NCBI GenBank assembly: GCA_964195315.1
Contig: CAXMOZ010000015.1
Span: 31,995-95,994, forward strand
Source: an uncultured Acidimicrobiia bacterium
GTDB lineage: Bacteria; Pseudomonadota; Gammaproteobacteria; GCA-001735895
Direction: 5' to 3'
DNA: 64,000 nt
Made by a program: the position numbers and the translations under genes. The notes below the pieces were generated by a model. The model saw only the letters and a program-made list of their open reading frames with translations. It made no database searches and was not told the DNA's origin. How positions within the stretch are numbered: the first letter of the stretch is position 1; every line of letters starts with the position of its first letter. Shown one piece after another: positions 19,908-30,280 of the stretch.

Positions 19908-20975
19908 ATGCTGAATTTCATACTTAGGCGACTAGGTTTGATGCTGCTAACAGCATTCTGCCTGACCTTCATCGTATTCTATTTGACCAATCTTGAACCT
20001 AATCTCGAGAAATTGGCGAAAGAACAAAATAATATGCGTATGACCGACCCGCAGGTTTTGTCCTGGCTTCAAAAAAATGGTTACCGTGATCCGTTGCTTT
20101 CGAGATATGGCCAGTGGTTGGGTTTCGTACCTGGCTGGACAGGTGTGGATGAAGATAACGGTAAGCAGACTGGACGTTGTGTTCGCCGTAACGTAGATAA
20201 TACGCCGTCTTATTGTGGCGTTATCCAAGGTGAATGGGGAATGTCTACTGTATTTGGCGAAGATGTTGGCAAAATCATTAGCAAACGCCTCGGTGCAACT
20301 GGTTGGCTAATGTTGTGGGTGATGATTACCATGATCCCCATGGCGTTGATTATTGGCGTACTCGCAGGTATGCGTGAAGGTACCAAGTTAGACCGATCGC
20401 TTTCGACTTTTTCGATTACGACGACAGCAACACCTGAATACGTGTCAGGCGTTCTTTTTATCGTTTTGTTTGCCTCTTCTAAGTACGGGCTATCGCCATT
20501 GTTTCTAGAAAGTGGCACGATTTTGAAAGGCTCGGCTGCGTCTGCAATCAAATCAATTACGATTGAAAATTTTACTTTGCCAGTGATAACCATGGCTTTA
20601 TATGGTCTTGGTTATATCGCTCGAATGACACGAGCATCAATGGCAGAGGTAATGACCGCCCAATACATTCGTACCGCAACGCTAAAGGGTGTTAGCTTCA
20701 AGAATGTGGTTCTAAAACACGCACTTAGAAATGCACTAATAGCACCTTTTACCGTCATCATGTTGCAGTTTCCGTGGTTGCTTACCGGCGTGGTTATTGT
20801 TGAAACCTTGTTTAATTACAAAGGCTTCGGCTGGGTATTGGTACAGGCGGCGAGCAATAATGATATTGAAACCCTGTTGGGTTGTTCGGTCGTAGCCGTG
20901 ATTGTCGTTTTATTAACGCAGCTTATTTCTGATATTGGCTACGTTTATCTCAACCCGCGTATTCGCGTTAAATAG
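19908..20975 (+). CDS. ABC transporter permease (DppB/OppB-like)
   Basis: 355-aa polytopic membrane protein with an N-terminal TM helix and the BPD_transp_1 region. Confidence 0.8.
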   Translation: MLNFILRRLGLMLLTAFCLTFIVFYLTNLEPNLEKLAKEQNNMRMTDPQVLSWLQKNGYRDPLLSRYGQWLGFVPGWTGVDEDNGKQTGRCVRRNVDNTPSYCGVIQGEWGMSTVFGEDVGKIISKRLGATGWLMLWVMITMIPMALIIGVLAGMREGTKLDRSLSTFSITTTATPEYVSGVLFIVLFASSKYGLSPLFLESGTILKGSAASAIKSITIENFTLPVITMALYGLGYIARMTRASMAEVMTAQYIRTATLKGVSFKNVVLKHALRNALIAPFTVIMLQFPWLLTGVVIVETLFNYKGFGWVLVQAASNNDIETLLGCSVVAVIVVLLTQLISDIGYVYLNPRIRVK

Positions 20976-20980
20976 GGGGA

Positions 20981-22141
20981 ATGACAATGGAAAATATGTC
21001 TGGTATCAGCATTATGGCCTCCATTTTGTGGAGCTTCTTGCCTGTTTGGATTGGTATTATTGTCGTCTTTGCAGTTTCAATGAAATATAAGCAAAGCCTC
21101 GGACTCTACGGCAAGTTGTTTAATAGCACGGTCGGTATGATTGGTCTGGGCCTGCTGTTATTTTGGACTTTCACCGCCCTGTTTGCGGATTTGATTACTC
21201 AGTTTGATGCCTACTCACAGTTGTCCGGTATGAAGAATAAACTACCCGGCACACCTGTACCGGGTGAAGAAGGCGCCTACTATTTACTGGGGGGTGACAG
21301 GCTCGCTCGGGATGTGTTTAGTCGTATGGTTTACGGTAGCCAAACTGTTTTGATCATCGCGCCTGCCGCAACGTTATTCGCTTTCATGGTGGGTATTACA
21401 CTAGGGTTGCCGGCTGGTTATTTTACGGGACGACTTGATTCAGTCTTGAGTTTTATCTCTAACTTGGTGTTGGCATTTCCCGTTATCCTTTTATTCTATT
21501 TGCTAGTAACACCCGAAATACGATCTACTGGAATACCAATATATCTAGCAGCTTTGCTATTTATCTTTCCGATTGTATTTTTACTGATCTTATTCAAAAC
21601 GCGCTTCATCGCGCAGCCACAAAAATTGAAGGTTTATGTTTCGATCACACTGGTGTTCGGGTTGTGGGCCTATTCAGGGCTGGCATTTAATGCGGATCCA
21701 TTCGGGGTTTGGTCCATGGATCCCAACCTGCTGAATATCTTCGTATCGGTCGTATTTGTTAACTCGCCAACGGTATTTCGTATTGTGCGTGGTTTAACAC
21801 TTGATATTAAAACACGAGATTACGTAGCCGCCGCGCAAACACGTGGTGAAACACCCTGGTACATCATGTTATGGGAGATTTTGCCGAATGCTCGTGGGCC
21901 GCTTATCGTTGATTTCTGCCTACGGATTGGTTACACCACCATATTACTCGGAACACTCGGTTTCTTCGGACTCGGTGTGAGTCCTGAAAGCCCAGACTGG
22001 GGACTAACGATCAATGAAGGACGTAAGCTAATATCCCTCAACCCTTACCCAGCTATTGCGCCAGCACTGGCTCTAATGTCGCTGGTACTCGGACTTAACC
22101 TGCTGGCTGATGGCCTGCGCGAACAATCGCTAAAAGATTAG
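20981..22141 (+). CDS. ABC transporter permease (DppC/OppC-like)
   Basis: 386-aa polytopic membrane protein. It is tightly linked (6-bp gap) to the upstream permease. Confidence 0.8.
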   Translation: MTMENMSGISIMASILWSFLPVWIGIIVVFAVSMKYKQSLGLYGKLFNSTVGMIGLGLLLFWTFTALFADLITQFDAYSQLSGMKNKLPGTPVPGEEGAYYLLGGDRLARDVFSRMVYGSQTVLIIAPAATLFAFMVGITLGLPAGYFTGRLDSVLSFISNLVLAFPVILLFYLLVTPEIRSTGIPIYLAALLFIFPIVFLLILFKTRFIAQPQKLKVYVSITLVFGLWAYSGLAFNADPFGVWSMDPNLLNIFVSVVFVNSPTVFRIVRGLTLDIKTRDYVAAAQTRGETPWYIMLWEILPNARGPLIVDFCLRIGYTTILLGTLGFFGLGVSPESPDWGLTINEGRKLISLNPYPAIAPALALMSLVLGLNLLADGLREQSLKD

Positions 22142-22151
22142 GAGAGTAGAG

Positions 22152-24266
22152 ATGTCAGAGCAATCCATTTCAGAACAATCCAATTCACAACAGCCGATCC
22201 TGGAAATTGAAAATCTGTCCATATCTTTCTTTACCCAAGCGGGTGAAATCCCAGCCGTAATGGATTTCTCCTGCAGCGTTATGCCGGGAGATTCGATGGG
22301 ACTGGTGGGAGAGTCAGGCTGTGGTAAGTCAACCGTTGCTCTCGCGATTATGCGATATTTAGGTAACAACGGCGATATTGTTAATGGCAGTATTAAGTTT
22401 AAAGGTCGCGATATGGCGACCATGACAAAAGAAGAGATGCGTGGAATTCATGGCTCTGAAATTGCGATGATTTATCAAGAGCCAATGGCCAGTTTGAATC
22501 CTGCGATGAAAATTGCTCGGCAATTAATGGAAGTGCCGTTAATCCATGAAAAAGTCAGCGAAGCGCAAGCAGAAGCTCGATGCCTTGAGATGCTAGAGGC
22601 GGTACGACTACCAGATCCGGCGCGAATCATGAAGTCATATCCGCATCAGCTTTCGGGTGGTCAGCAACAACGTATCGTCATTGCGATGGCGCTTTTATCC
22701 AAACCAGCGTTGTTATTACTCGATGAGCCAACCACCGCACTGGATGTAACGGTCGAGGCGGGCATTGTTGAATTGGTTAAAGATTTAGGTAAAAAATTCG
22801 GTACCTCAATATTATTTATTTCACATAACCTAGGTTTAATTCTGGAAACCTGCAATCGCATTACAGTGATGTACTCAGGAGAAGCGGTAGAAACAGGCAC
22901 TATTCATGACGTTTTTGATCGTATGCGACACCCATATACTCAGGGCTTATTTCGCTCCATTCCCTTGCCCGGAGCCGATAAAAATACGCGGCCATTGATG
23001 TCGATAAATGGTCAGTTGCCACTGCCACATGAACGTCCAAGAGGTTGTAATTTTGGACCCCGCTGCGATTATTTTGAAGATGAAATATGCGACAAGAATC
23101 TGGTGTCGATGCAAACAGTTGAAGGACATGATACGCATAGCTCTCGATGTATGCGTATTACCGATATTGACTGGAAAGCTAAGCCAGTGTTTAAAGGGTC
23201 AAATGAAAAAACAGAACCCGGTGACGTTGTTCTGTCTATAACAAACTTAAAGAAATATTATCAGGTGGCCGCCAACGAAATTTTTGGTGGCATAGAATCA
23301 AGGGTAGTGAAAGCGAATGAAGATATTACGCTGGAAGCTCGTGAATCAGAAACCTTAGCGATTGTCGGTGAATCAGGTTGTGGTAAGTCTACTCTAGCGA
23401 AAGTGTTAATGGGGCTAGAGACAGCTACCGATGGGAAAATTGAGCTAGGCGACATGGTGGTTAGTGATGTTGAAATAGGCGACCGGGATCCAAAAACTGT
23501 CGGCCAGGTTCAAATGGTATTTCAAAATCCATTCGATACTTTGAACCCAAGCCATTCTATTGGTTCACAAATTATCCGTGCCTTAGAGATGTTTAAAGTG
23601 GGTACGGATGATGCTGACCGTAAAGAGCGTATGTTGAAATTGCTCGATCTGGTGAAGCTGCCGCGTGAATTTTCGAGTCGAATGCCAAGACAATTATCGG
23701 GTGGCCAAAAACAACGAATTGGTATCGCGCGAGCATTTGCGGGTGAACCAAAAATCGTTGTTGCTGATGAGCCTGTTTCAGCGCTCGACGTTTCCGTCCA
23801 GGCTGCTGTTACCAAATTATTAATGGATATTCAGCGTCGCTCGGGTACGACCATGTTATTTATTAGCCACGATTTATCGATAGTACGTTATCTGGCTGAC
23901 CGAGTAGTGGTGATGTATTTAGGTCATGTCATGGAGCAAGGCACAACCGATGAAATTTTCTCACCGCCTTATCATCCCTATACTGAAGCCTTATTGTCCG
24001 CAGTGCCGATAGCGGATACATCCGTGGTTAAAAAGCATATTGTTCTAGAAGGAGACATACCATCGGCAATGAACCCACCGCCTGGTTGCCCATTTCAGAC
24101 GCGTTGCCCGCGAAAGCATCAGGTTGAAGGTGATATTTGTGAGCGTGAAGTACCTGCAATGAAAGTACTAGATTCTGGCCATAGTATTAAATGTCACTTA
24201 TCGGATGACGTGTATAGCGGTATGGATGAAATCTTTAAGTTCAATAACGACGCGGCACAGGGTTAA
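22152..24266 (+). CDS. ABC transporter ATP-binding protein with two fused nucleotide-binding domains (DppD/DppF-type)
   Basis: 704-aa ORF with two Walker A motifs (GESGCGKST twice), two ABC signatures (LSGGQQQR, LSGGQKQR) and two Walker B motifs (LLLDEPT, VVADEPV). Oligopeptide-type C-terminal Cys-rich extensions are present. Confidence 0.9.
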   Translation: MSEQSISEQSNSQQPILEIENLSISFFTQAGEIPAVMDFSCSVMPGDSMGLVGESGCGKSTVALAIMRYLGNNGDIVNGSIKFKGRDMATMTKEEMRGIHGSEIAMIYQEPMASLNPAMKIARQLMEVPLIHEKVSEAQAEARCLEMLEAVRLPDPARIMKSYPHQLSGGQQQRIVIAMALLSKPALLLLDEPTTALDVTVEAGIVELVKDLGKKFGTSILFISHNLGLILETCNRITVMYSGEAVETGTIHDVFDRMRHPYTQGLFRSIPLPGADKNTRPLMSINGQLPLPHERPRGCNFGPRCDYFEDEICDKNLVSMQTVEGHDTHSSRCMRITDIDWKAKPVFKGSNEKTEPGDVVLSITNLKKYYQVAANEIFGGIESRVVKANEDITLEARESETLAIVGESGCGKSTLAKVLMGLETATDGKIELGDMVVSDVEIGDRDPKTVGQVQMVFQNPFDTLNPSHSIGSQIIRALEMFKVGTDDADRKERMLKLLDLVKLPREFSSRMPRQLSGGQKQRIGIARAFAGEPKIVVADEPVSALDVSVQAAVTKLLMDIQRRSGTTMLFISHDLSIVRYLADRVVVMYLGHVMEQGTTDEIFSPPYHPYTEALLSAVPIADTSVVKKHIVLEGDIPSAMNPPPGCPFQTRCPRKHQVEGDICEREVPAMKVLDSGHSIKCHLSDDVYSGMDEIFKFNNDAAQG

Positions 24267-24286
24267 GCGCTAGTTTAACTCATGAC

Positions 24287-25567
24287 TTAATTCGAGGCTG
24301 AATCCTCTACAGCCTCGTCGTAACTCAATATTTGGGTGCTTTCTATTGCCGAACCCGATGGATGAACCGCTGTTGCGGTGCTAGGTCCTTGCTGATCGAG
24401 TGGCACGGCACGGCTTACCGTCATTCGGTAAAGTGCGAATAGCCCAGTAAAAGCATGCACAACCGCAATTGCCCAGAACATCGCTTGCTCACCAAAGTGA
24501 TCCATTATACTGGCGACTAAAATCGGCCCGACTACGGCGCCTAACCCACTGGTTAAAACCAAAGCACCACTGGCTGCAATCATTTGATTAGGGTTCAAAT
24601 GGTCATTCGTGTAAGCAATGCAAACCGAGTACAACGGTAGCGCCAAGCCACCAAATAAAGCGACGGCTAGAAGCAACATGTTAGTAGAAAGCTGTGAGGC
24701 AAACACGCATAACACAGCAGCGACAGAAGTTAATAGTGTGGTAATGGTAAGAATAATACGTCTGTCAAAGCGGTCTGAAAGGGCACCAATGGGTGCTTGA
24801 AGAATCACAGTGCCAACCACGGCAGCCGTCATAAAATAAGAAATATATTCGACGTCAAGACCAATGCGTTGACCATAAACGGGGCCGAGTGCAAAAAAAG
24901 CAGCCGTAACCAGGCCGACTGCAAACATACTCACAATGCCAAGGGGAGAGAGGCGATAAAGCGCCAGTAAACTGATATTGACCGACTCTCGGTATTTTGG
25001 TGGAGAACCCGCAGATAACAATAATGGTACAACTGCCACCGATATCAGCACTGATGTTAAAATGAATAACGGATATTCACTTGGACTAGCCAGATTTAAA
25101 AGCAACTGTCCGCCGCCGACGCCGGCATAGGTCACTATCATATAGAGGGACAGTAACTTGCCTCTGTTTTGATTCGTTGCTCTATCGTTCAGCCAGCTTT
25201 CTGCAACAATATAAAGACCTGCAAAGCAAAAGCCACTAAGCAGCCTCAAGGCAATCCAGACGGGTACATCAATAAACAGCGCATGCAGCAAAATCGCCGC
25301 TGAGGCCAGTGCCGACAAAGCCGCAAATACCCGAATATGCCCCACTTGCTGAGTGAGTTTTGGTGTCAGGATTGAGCCTAGCAAAAAGCCGATATAAAAC
25401 GTCGACATGATTAAACCAGTGACTGTCGTCGGAAAACCTTCAAGGTCTGCGCGGATGGCTAAAAGAGTGCCCTGTAATCCATCGCCCAGCATTAAAATAC
25501 CAAAGCCAAGTAATAGCGCCCAACATGAAAATAGAGCGGATCGGAGGGTCGTCGTTTGGTTGGGCAA
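24287..25567 (-). CDS. MFS transporter (YcaD/YfkF-like)
   Basis: 426-aa ORF with about 12 TM helices and 6+6 MFS organisation. Confidence 0.8.
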   Translation of the reverse strand: MPNQTTTLRSALFSCWALLLGFGILMLGDGLQGTLLAIRADLEGFPTTVTGLIMSTFYIGFLLGSILTPKLTQQVGHIRVFAALSALASAAILLHALFIDVPVWIALRLLSGFCFAGLYIVAESWLNDRATNQNRGKLLSLYMIVTYAGVGGGQLLLNLASPSEYPLFILTSVLISVAVVPLLLSAGSPPKYRESVNISLLALYRLSPLGIVSMFAVGLVTAAFFALGPVYGQRIGLDVEYISYFMTAAVVGTVILQAPIGALSDRFDRRIILTITTLLTSVAAVLCVFASQLSTNMLLLAVALFGGLALPLYSVCIAYTNDHLNPNQMIAASGALVLTSGLGAVVGPILVASIMDHFGEQAMFWAIAVVHAFTGLFALYRMTVSRAVPLDQQGPSTATAVHPSGSAIESTQILSYDEAVEDSASN

Positions 25568-26018
25568 AGTTGTAATCCAGTTAAATAGTCATTGTTTATC
25601 AATCAATGCAAATCAATCAATAAAGCTTAGTATAGCGATAAAAACAGATTCAACTATGAATATATGAGTCTCAACATGTGCCTAATAAAGGCGCAATATT
25701 AAGGCAGTGGGGGCAAAATTCGGCATGGCTGGGCCCGGACTTCATATCAGGGTTAACCGAAGATGCGGTTGGCATATCGGCTATTGAAGCATTAGCCTGC
25801 ATTGGTGTTGCCGCTATTCTGGTCGGTGCTGTGTTTATAGCATTGGGTCTCGATCAGCCAGTGAACCTAAGGCCATCAGTCTGGATCTTTTTGATAATAA
25901 TGACGACAGGGTTGAGCATTTTAATGAAAGATTACGTAATGACATGGTCACCCCTGCGAATTCATCGTGAGCCGAACCATCTAAATATGGTGTTCAAATG
26001 GAAATCTGATCAGGGATC

Positions 26019-27197
26019 TTAGCTGCGCGTTTTCAGACGCCAAACAAGTCCAATAGAGAGCAAAACAAAAACAATCGCTAAGCTAACAGGGAGTCCATGT
26101 GGGCCAAATTCAACCATTGCCCAACCGCCCATTACCGAGCCAAATAATGCACCGATGCCCCAGATCACCGAAAATGCTGACATACCATCGATCAGTTCGG
26201 TGCCAGTAAATCGATCACCCAGCGATATAAGTGCAATCGAATATAATCCTAAACCTGCCGCACCCATGATGGCTAATGTTGGCCACATCATTAGTGAGCC
26301 GATTAGGGTAGGGAATACAAGTAGGGTAATTGCTGTCATAAGCGCGCAACACAACAGCAGCTTTTGATGAGAATAGTGATCAGCCAGCCAGCCAATGGGT
26401 AGCTGAAAGAAAACATTCGCTAGCACTAAAACTGTGAGCAAATTGGCCGAATCAGAAAGACTCAATCCGACCTTCATGCCATACACTGAGAACAGTGATA
26501 GTGACGCTGCATCGAAAAGTGAAAAAGCACAGACACAAGCCAATAACATGGGTGCTTTAAATGCAAAGCTGAAAATGCTCGATGAATTTGAATGGTCTGA
26601 CTCGGGTTGTTTTTCAAGCTGAAGAAAAAGCAGTGGAATAACGCCGACAATGACAATAATGGTTCCCAGTATGAAAGGAAGCCAGCCATCAATGCCGATA
26701 ATACTAATGATGAGCGGTCCAATACCGAAACTGGCAGACAGTATCGTACCGTAAAATGCCACAATTTTGCCACGATGTTGATCGCCAGCAAAACCGACAA
26801 TCCAGGCTTCGCTGAGTACAAATAAAACCGATATCGACATGCCCTGGATGAGACGAATCACAAACCAGGCGGAAAGTGTATCAAATTGTTTATAGCAGAG
26901 AATGGTCACTGCGGTAACCAATGCCGCGAAAATAGCTACGTTTCGACCCCCAAACCGTTTAGTAACAATAGGGATGACGGTTGAAAATAATAAAATGCCA
27001 AGCGGCATCATCGCGCCATTCAGACCGATCAGCTCACTCGAAACACCTCGATCCTCAAGAATTAAGGAGAGCAATGGATAAGTTAAACCAAGCGGAAATC
27101 CAAACACCGTAATAGCCGCGCAAGCCGCAATTAAATTGCGCCAGTTGGGTTGCCTATGGGCGGGTTTTTGCAAGCTTGAGACACTGTCCGTAATCAT
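26019..27197 (-). CDS. MFS transporter, paralog of the upstream MFS gene
   Basis: 392-aa ORF with about 12 TM helices. It shows local similarity to 24287-25567 (for example …SEAWIVGFAGDQHRGKIVAFYG… vs …AESWLNDRATNQNRGKLLSLYM…). Confidence 0.8.
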   Translation of the reverse strand: MITDSVSSLQKPAHRQPNWRNLIAACAAITVFGFPLGLTYPLLSLILEDRGVSSELIGLNGAMMPLGILLFSTVIPIVTKRFGGRNVAIFAALVTAVTILCYKQFDTLSAWFVIRLIQGMSISVLFVLSEAWIVGFAGDQHRGKIVAFYGTILSASFGIGPLIISIIGIDGWLPFILGTIIVIVGVIPLLFLQLEKQPESDHSNSSSIFSFAFKAPMLLACVCAFSLFDAASLSLFSVYGMKVGLSLSDSANLLTVLVLANVFFQLPIGWLADHYSHQKLLLCCALMTAITLLVFPTLIGSLMMWPTLAIMGAAGLGLYSIALISLGDRFTGTELIDGMSAFSVIWGIGALFGSVMGGWAMVEFGPHGLPVSLAIVFVLLSIGLVWRLKTRS

Positions 27198-27350
27198 CGG
27201 CGGAGTCTATCTGGGATGTGTTCACTAGGACAGTTCTATTTATAAATCACCGTCTATAACACGCTATAATAATTCTTATGCTGACCCCAACTAACGCGAA
27301 CTTTAAATTCTCGCCACAGTCTGCTTAGCGTCTTAATTTTTTTTCTATTT

Positions 27351-29720
27351 ATGAATAAAACCTTTATCCTAATCTGTGCTCTGTTACTGGCGGTGATAGC
27401 CGCTATCGGCTACCTGATGCATCACTATTCAGTGATGGACTTGGTCGATACATCGGCTATCGCCGAGATGATCGCAGGTCTGGGATGGCTTGCTATACCA
27501 GCTTTCATTACCTTTGGTGCTTTGTTCACATCGGTGGGTTTACCGCGACAATTGGTCGCTTTTATTGGTGGCTATGTCTTTGGTACGGCAGTCGGTGTGG
27601 CGCTTGGCACTGTGGCAGCTGCCCTGGGTGCGATACTGACATTTTATGCGGCGCGCTGCCTGGCTCGCCCATTTGTGCTGCGAAAATACCCAAAAATAGT
27701 TTCAAAAATAGATCATTTCATTGACGATAGATTGTTCCTCAAAATCCTCCTGATTCGTTTTCTACCGTTTGGGACTAATTTAGCGACCAATCTTGCAGCA
27801 GGTGCTGCAGCCACGCCTATTCGACCTTTTGCTTTGGCTTCATTGATTGGCTATATCCCTCAGATGACCATTTTTGCTATAAGTGGGCACGGTGTTCGAG
27901 TGGAGTCTGACACGCAGCTAATATTAGCTGCCTGCCTATTTTTGATATCGATAGTGATTGGAAGTTACCTTTACTATCAACATCATCAAGCAGCGACTGA
28001 GTCGAAACAGAGCAAATTTAAGTGGCGCTTGATTGGTGTCGTAGGCTTGGTGATGTTGTCATTATTATCACTAAGTTATTGGGCCTGGTTCGGCAATCAT
28101 TCTCCGCACCGAGTCTTTATCAATGCCAAGGTATTAACCGTTAATCAAAACAACGACATTGCCGAAGCTGTGTCGATCCGTTACGGAATGATCGAAGCGG
28201 TGGGCAGCAATGAATCGATTCAAGCGCTGATTGATAAAGATACACTGGTGAGTGATTTGGCTGGAAACACATTAATCCCCGGCTTTATTGATGCCCATAG
28301 TCATTTTCCGAGTTCCGGTTTAATGGCCGTTAGTGTTAACTTGAGGTCACCCCCCATTGGTGAGATTGGGTCAATCGAAGATATTCGTCAGGCCTTATTG
28401 GAGAAAATCGAAATAGCCGATACTGATGATTGGATAATCGGCTTCGGATACGATGATTCGTTATTGGTCGAGCAACGCCATCCAACTCGATTAGAGCTTG
28501 ATCAACTGTCGAGCGAGATACCAGTTTACCTTTGGCATAGTTCAGGCCACATGGGCGTTGTTAATAGTGCTGGGTTAGCAAAGCTGGGGTTTGATGAAAA
28601 CTCAGAAGCACCCTCCGCTGGTGTCATAGGTCGAGATGTTCAGAGTGGTCAATTGAACGGTTTGTTACAGGAGGCGGCGGCTCCGCCGTTGGGCAAATTA
28701 GCTGAAGATTTATCGCTACTGGCCTACTATCGAATTCTACAAACAGCCAGCGATGACTATAGTCAATGGGGCATTACCACCGCGAACAGCGGCGCAGTCA
28801 ACACGCCATTATTGAAAGCACTGTCATGGGCCGCTCGTTTGCGCTTGTTACCATTTCGTCTTGTCGTATCACCCAGGCATGATGTTTTAGGTGAAAAAAT
28901 TCTAGCGGGACAATTTTATCCAGCCGACTTCAATAACGACTGGTTTGAGGTGGGCGCTGTGAAACTATTTGCCGATGGTAGCCCGCAGGGTTATACGGCC
29001 TATTTGACCGAACCTTATTTTAAACCGCCACAGGGACAACCTGACTATCGAGGTTTTCCTGCGATAGAGCAAAGCGCGTTGATTGAAACAATCGCCAAGT
29101 ATCGCAATGCAGGCATTCAACTGGCCATTCATGGCAATGGTGATGCGGCAATCGATAATGTCATAGAGGCCATCAGGTTGTCGAGCCAGGTCAATCAGGA
29201 TGATGCACGAACGATTTTAGTTCATGCCCAAATGTCGCGTAAAGATCAACTGGATGACATGCGCGAGTTAGGTATAACGCCGAGCTTCTTCAATTCGCAT
29301 ACCTATTACTGGGGTGATGTTCATAGCAAAAATGCGATGGGGCCAGAGCGAGCAGCACGGATAAGCCCTGCATCTAGTGCGGAAAGCATAGGGCTACGTT
29401 ATAGCTTTCATAGCGACGCGCCAGTGACACCGATCAATCCGTTACAGCTAATTTGGAGTGGAGTTAACCGGCAAACGATAGAAGGTTATGTGCTTGGTGC
29501 TAATGAACGAGTATCAATCATGAGCGCATTACGAGCAGTGACAATCGATGCTGCCTGGCAGATTTTTCAGGAAAGTAACCGTGGTTCGCTCGAGGTGGGT
29601 AAACACGCTGACTTAGTGATTCTCGAAGGTGATTTGCTCAGTGACAAACAAAGAATCCGTCAACGACGAATTCTGGAAACTATCGTCGCTGGAGAAACTT
29701 CATTCAGCTATCAACCGTAG
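27351..29720 (+). CDS. Fusion protein: N-terminal DedA/TVP38 (SNARE-associated) membrane domain + C-terminal amidohydrolase-family (Amidohydro_3-like) metal-dependent hydrolase
   Basis: 789-aa ORF. Residues about 1-230 form a hydrophobic TVP38/DedA-like domain (…FLPFGTNLATNLAAGAAA…). From about residue 300 it carries the amidohydrolase metal-binding motif (PGFIDAHSHF), with distal His/Asp residues (HGNGD…, FHSDAP). Confidence 0.65.
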   Translation: MNKTFILICALLLAVIAAIGYLMHHYSVMDLVDTSAIAEMIAGLGWLAIPAFITFGALFTSVGLPRQLVAFIGGYVFGTAVGVALGTVAAALGAILTFYAARCLARPFVLRKYPKIVSKIDHFIDDRLFLKILLIRFLPFGTNLATNLAAGAAATPIRPFALASLIGYIPQMTIFAISGHGVRVESDTQLILAACLFLISIVIGSYLYYQHHQAATESKQSKFKWRLIGVVGLVMLSLLSLSYWAWFGNHSPHRVFINAKVLTVNQNNDIAEAVSIRYGMIEAVGSNESIQALIDKDTLVSDLAGNTLIPGFIDAHSHFPSSGLMAVSVNLRSPPIGEIGSIEDIRQALLEKIEIADTDDWIIGFGYDDSLLVEQRHPTRLELDQLSSEIPVYLWHSSGHMGVVNSAGLAKLGFDENSEAPSAGVIGRDVQSGQLNGLLQEAAAPPLGKLAEDLSLLAYYRILQTASDDYSQWGITTANSGAVNTPLLKALSWAARLRLLPFRLVVSPRHDVLGEKILAGQFYPADFNNDWFEVGAVKLFADGSPQGYTAYLTEPYFKPPQGQPDYRGFPAIEQSALIETIAKYRNAGIQLAIHGNGDAAIDNVIEAIRLSSQVNQDDARTILVHAQMSRKDQLDDMRELGITPSFFNSHTYYWGDVHSKNAMGPERAARISPASSAESIGLRYSFHSDAPVTPINPLQLIWSGVNRQTIEGYVLGANERVSIMSALRAVTIDAAWQIFQESNRGSLEVGKHADLVILEGDLLSDKQRIRQRRILETIVAGETSFSYQP

Positions 29721-29755
29721 GGCGTTATTAGCGAAGCGTAATACGCCGCATGCGG
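29715..29755. repeat. REP-like palindromic element, copy 3 of 3 (truncated variant)
   Basis: Sequence ccgtagggcgttattagcgaagcgtaatacgccgcatgcgg shares 'ccgtagggcg' and 'gcgt[at]at[ac]cgccgcatg' with copy 2. The TAG stop of the 789-aa gene lies inside it. Confidence 0.5.
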
Positions 29756-29806
29756 ACAAAACAGTAACGCAGGCCAATCGTGGAAAAGCGTATTTTCAGA
29801 TATGCC

Positions 29807-30280
29807 CTAGTTGTTGATGATCGTTTCCCAGGCCTTTTCCGATTCAACTTTGTATTCTTTAAAGTTGCCATCCATCCAGCGGTCACGCCCTCGTGCAGCG
29901 TAGAAGGTGTACAGCTGGTCTTCGAATATTTGCCAGTGAGTGCCGTCGGTCTTTATAAGGCCTTCACCCAGGCTCAGTGCATTGGCACAGTGACCATTGT
30001 AGGCTGGTGAATATTGTTCAGGATTGGCGGCAAATAAATCGCGGTCGGCTTCAGTTGTAAATAGCCAATTCGCACCTTTCCATTCCGCCTTCCAGGTCTT
30101 GCTACCTTTGAAGGCTTTATGCGGATTGTTGGCGACAACGCTATGATAAGCAACCGTGTCGTGGCCACCAATGGCGATATCACCAAAGTAACTTTTACTG
30201 ACAGGCTCGCTGGCATGAACAGAAAACAAAGCTTGCGCAAGAGCCAATAGACTCAACAGTAGTACTCTTTGAAAGGACAT
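29807..30280 (-). CDS. Secreted YHS-domain-like protein
   Basis: 157-aa ORF with a signal peptide (LLLSLLALAQALFSVHA). The GYDTVAY/…YNGHCA… pattern resembles YHS/TRASH-type domains. Confidence 0.45.
   Translation of the reverse strand: MSFQRVLLLSLLALAQALFSVHASEPVSKSYFGDIAIGGHDTVAYHSVVANNPHKAFKGSKTWKAEWKGANWLFTTEADRDLFAANPEQYSPAYNGHCANALSLGEGLIKTDGTHWQIFEDQLYTFYAARGRDRWMDGNFKEYKVESEKAWETIINN

Noticed and set aside
25678-26022. 114-aa plus-strand ORF between the two MFS genes
   Set aside because: It has hydrophobic segments but no clear RBS or family similarity. It is kept only as a note in findings, not as a feature.
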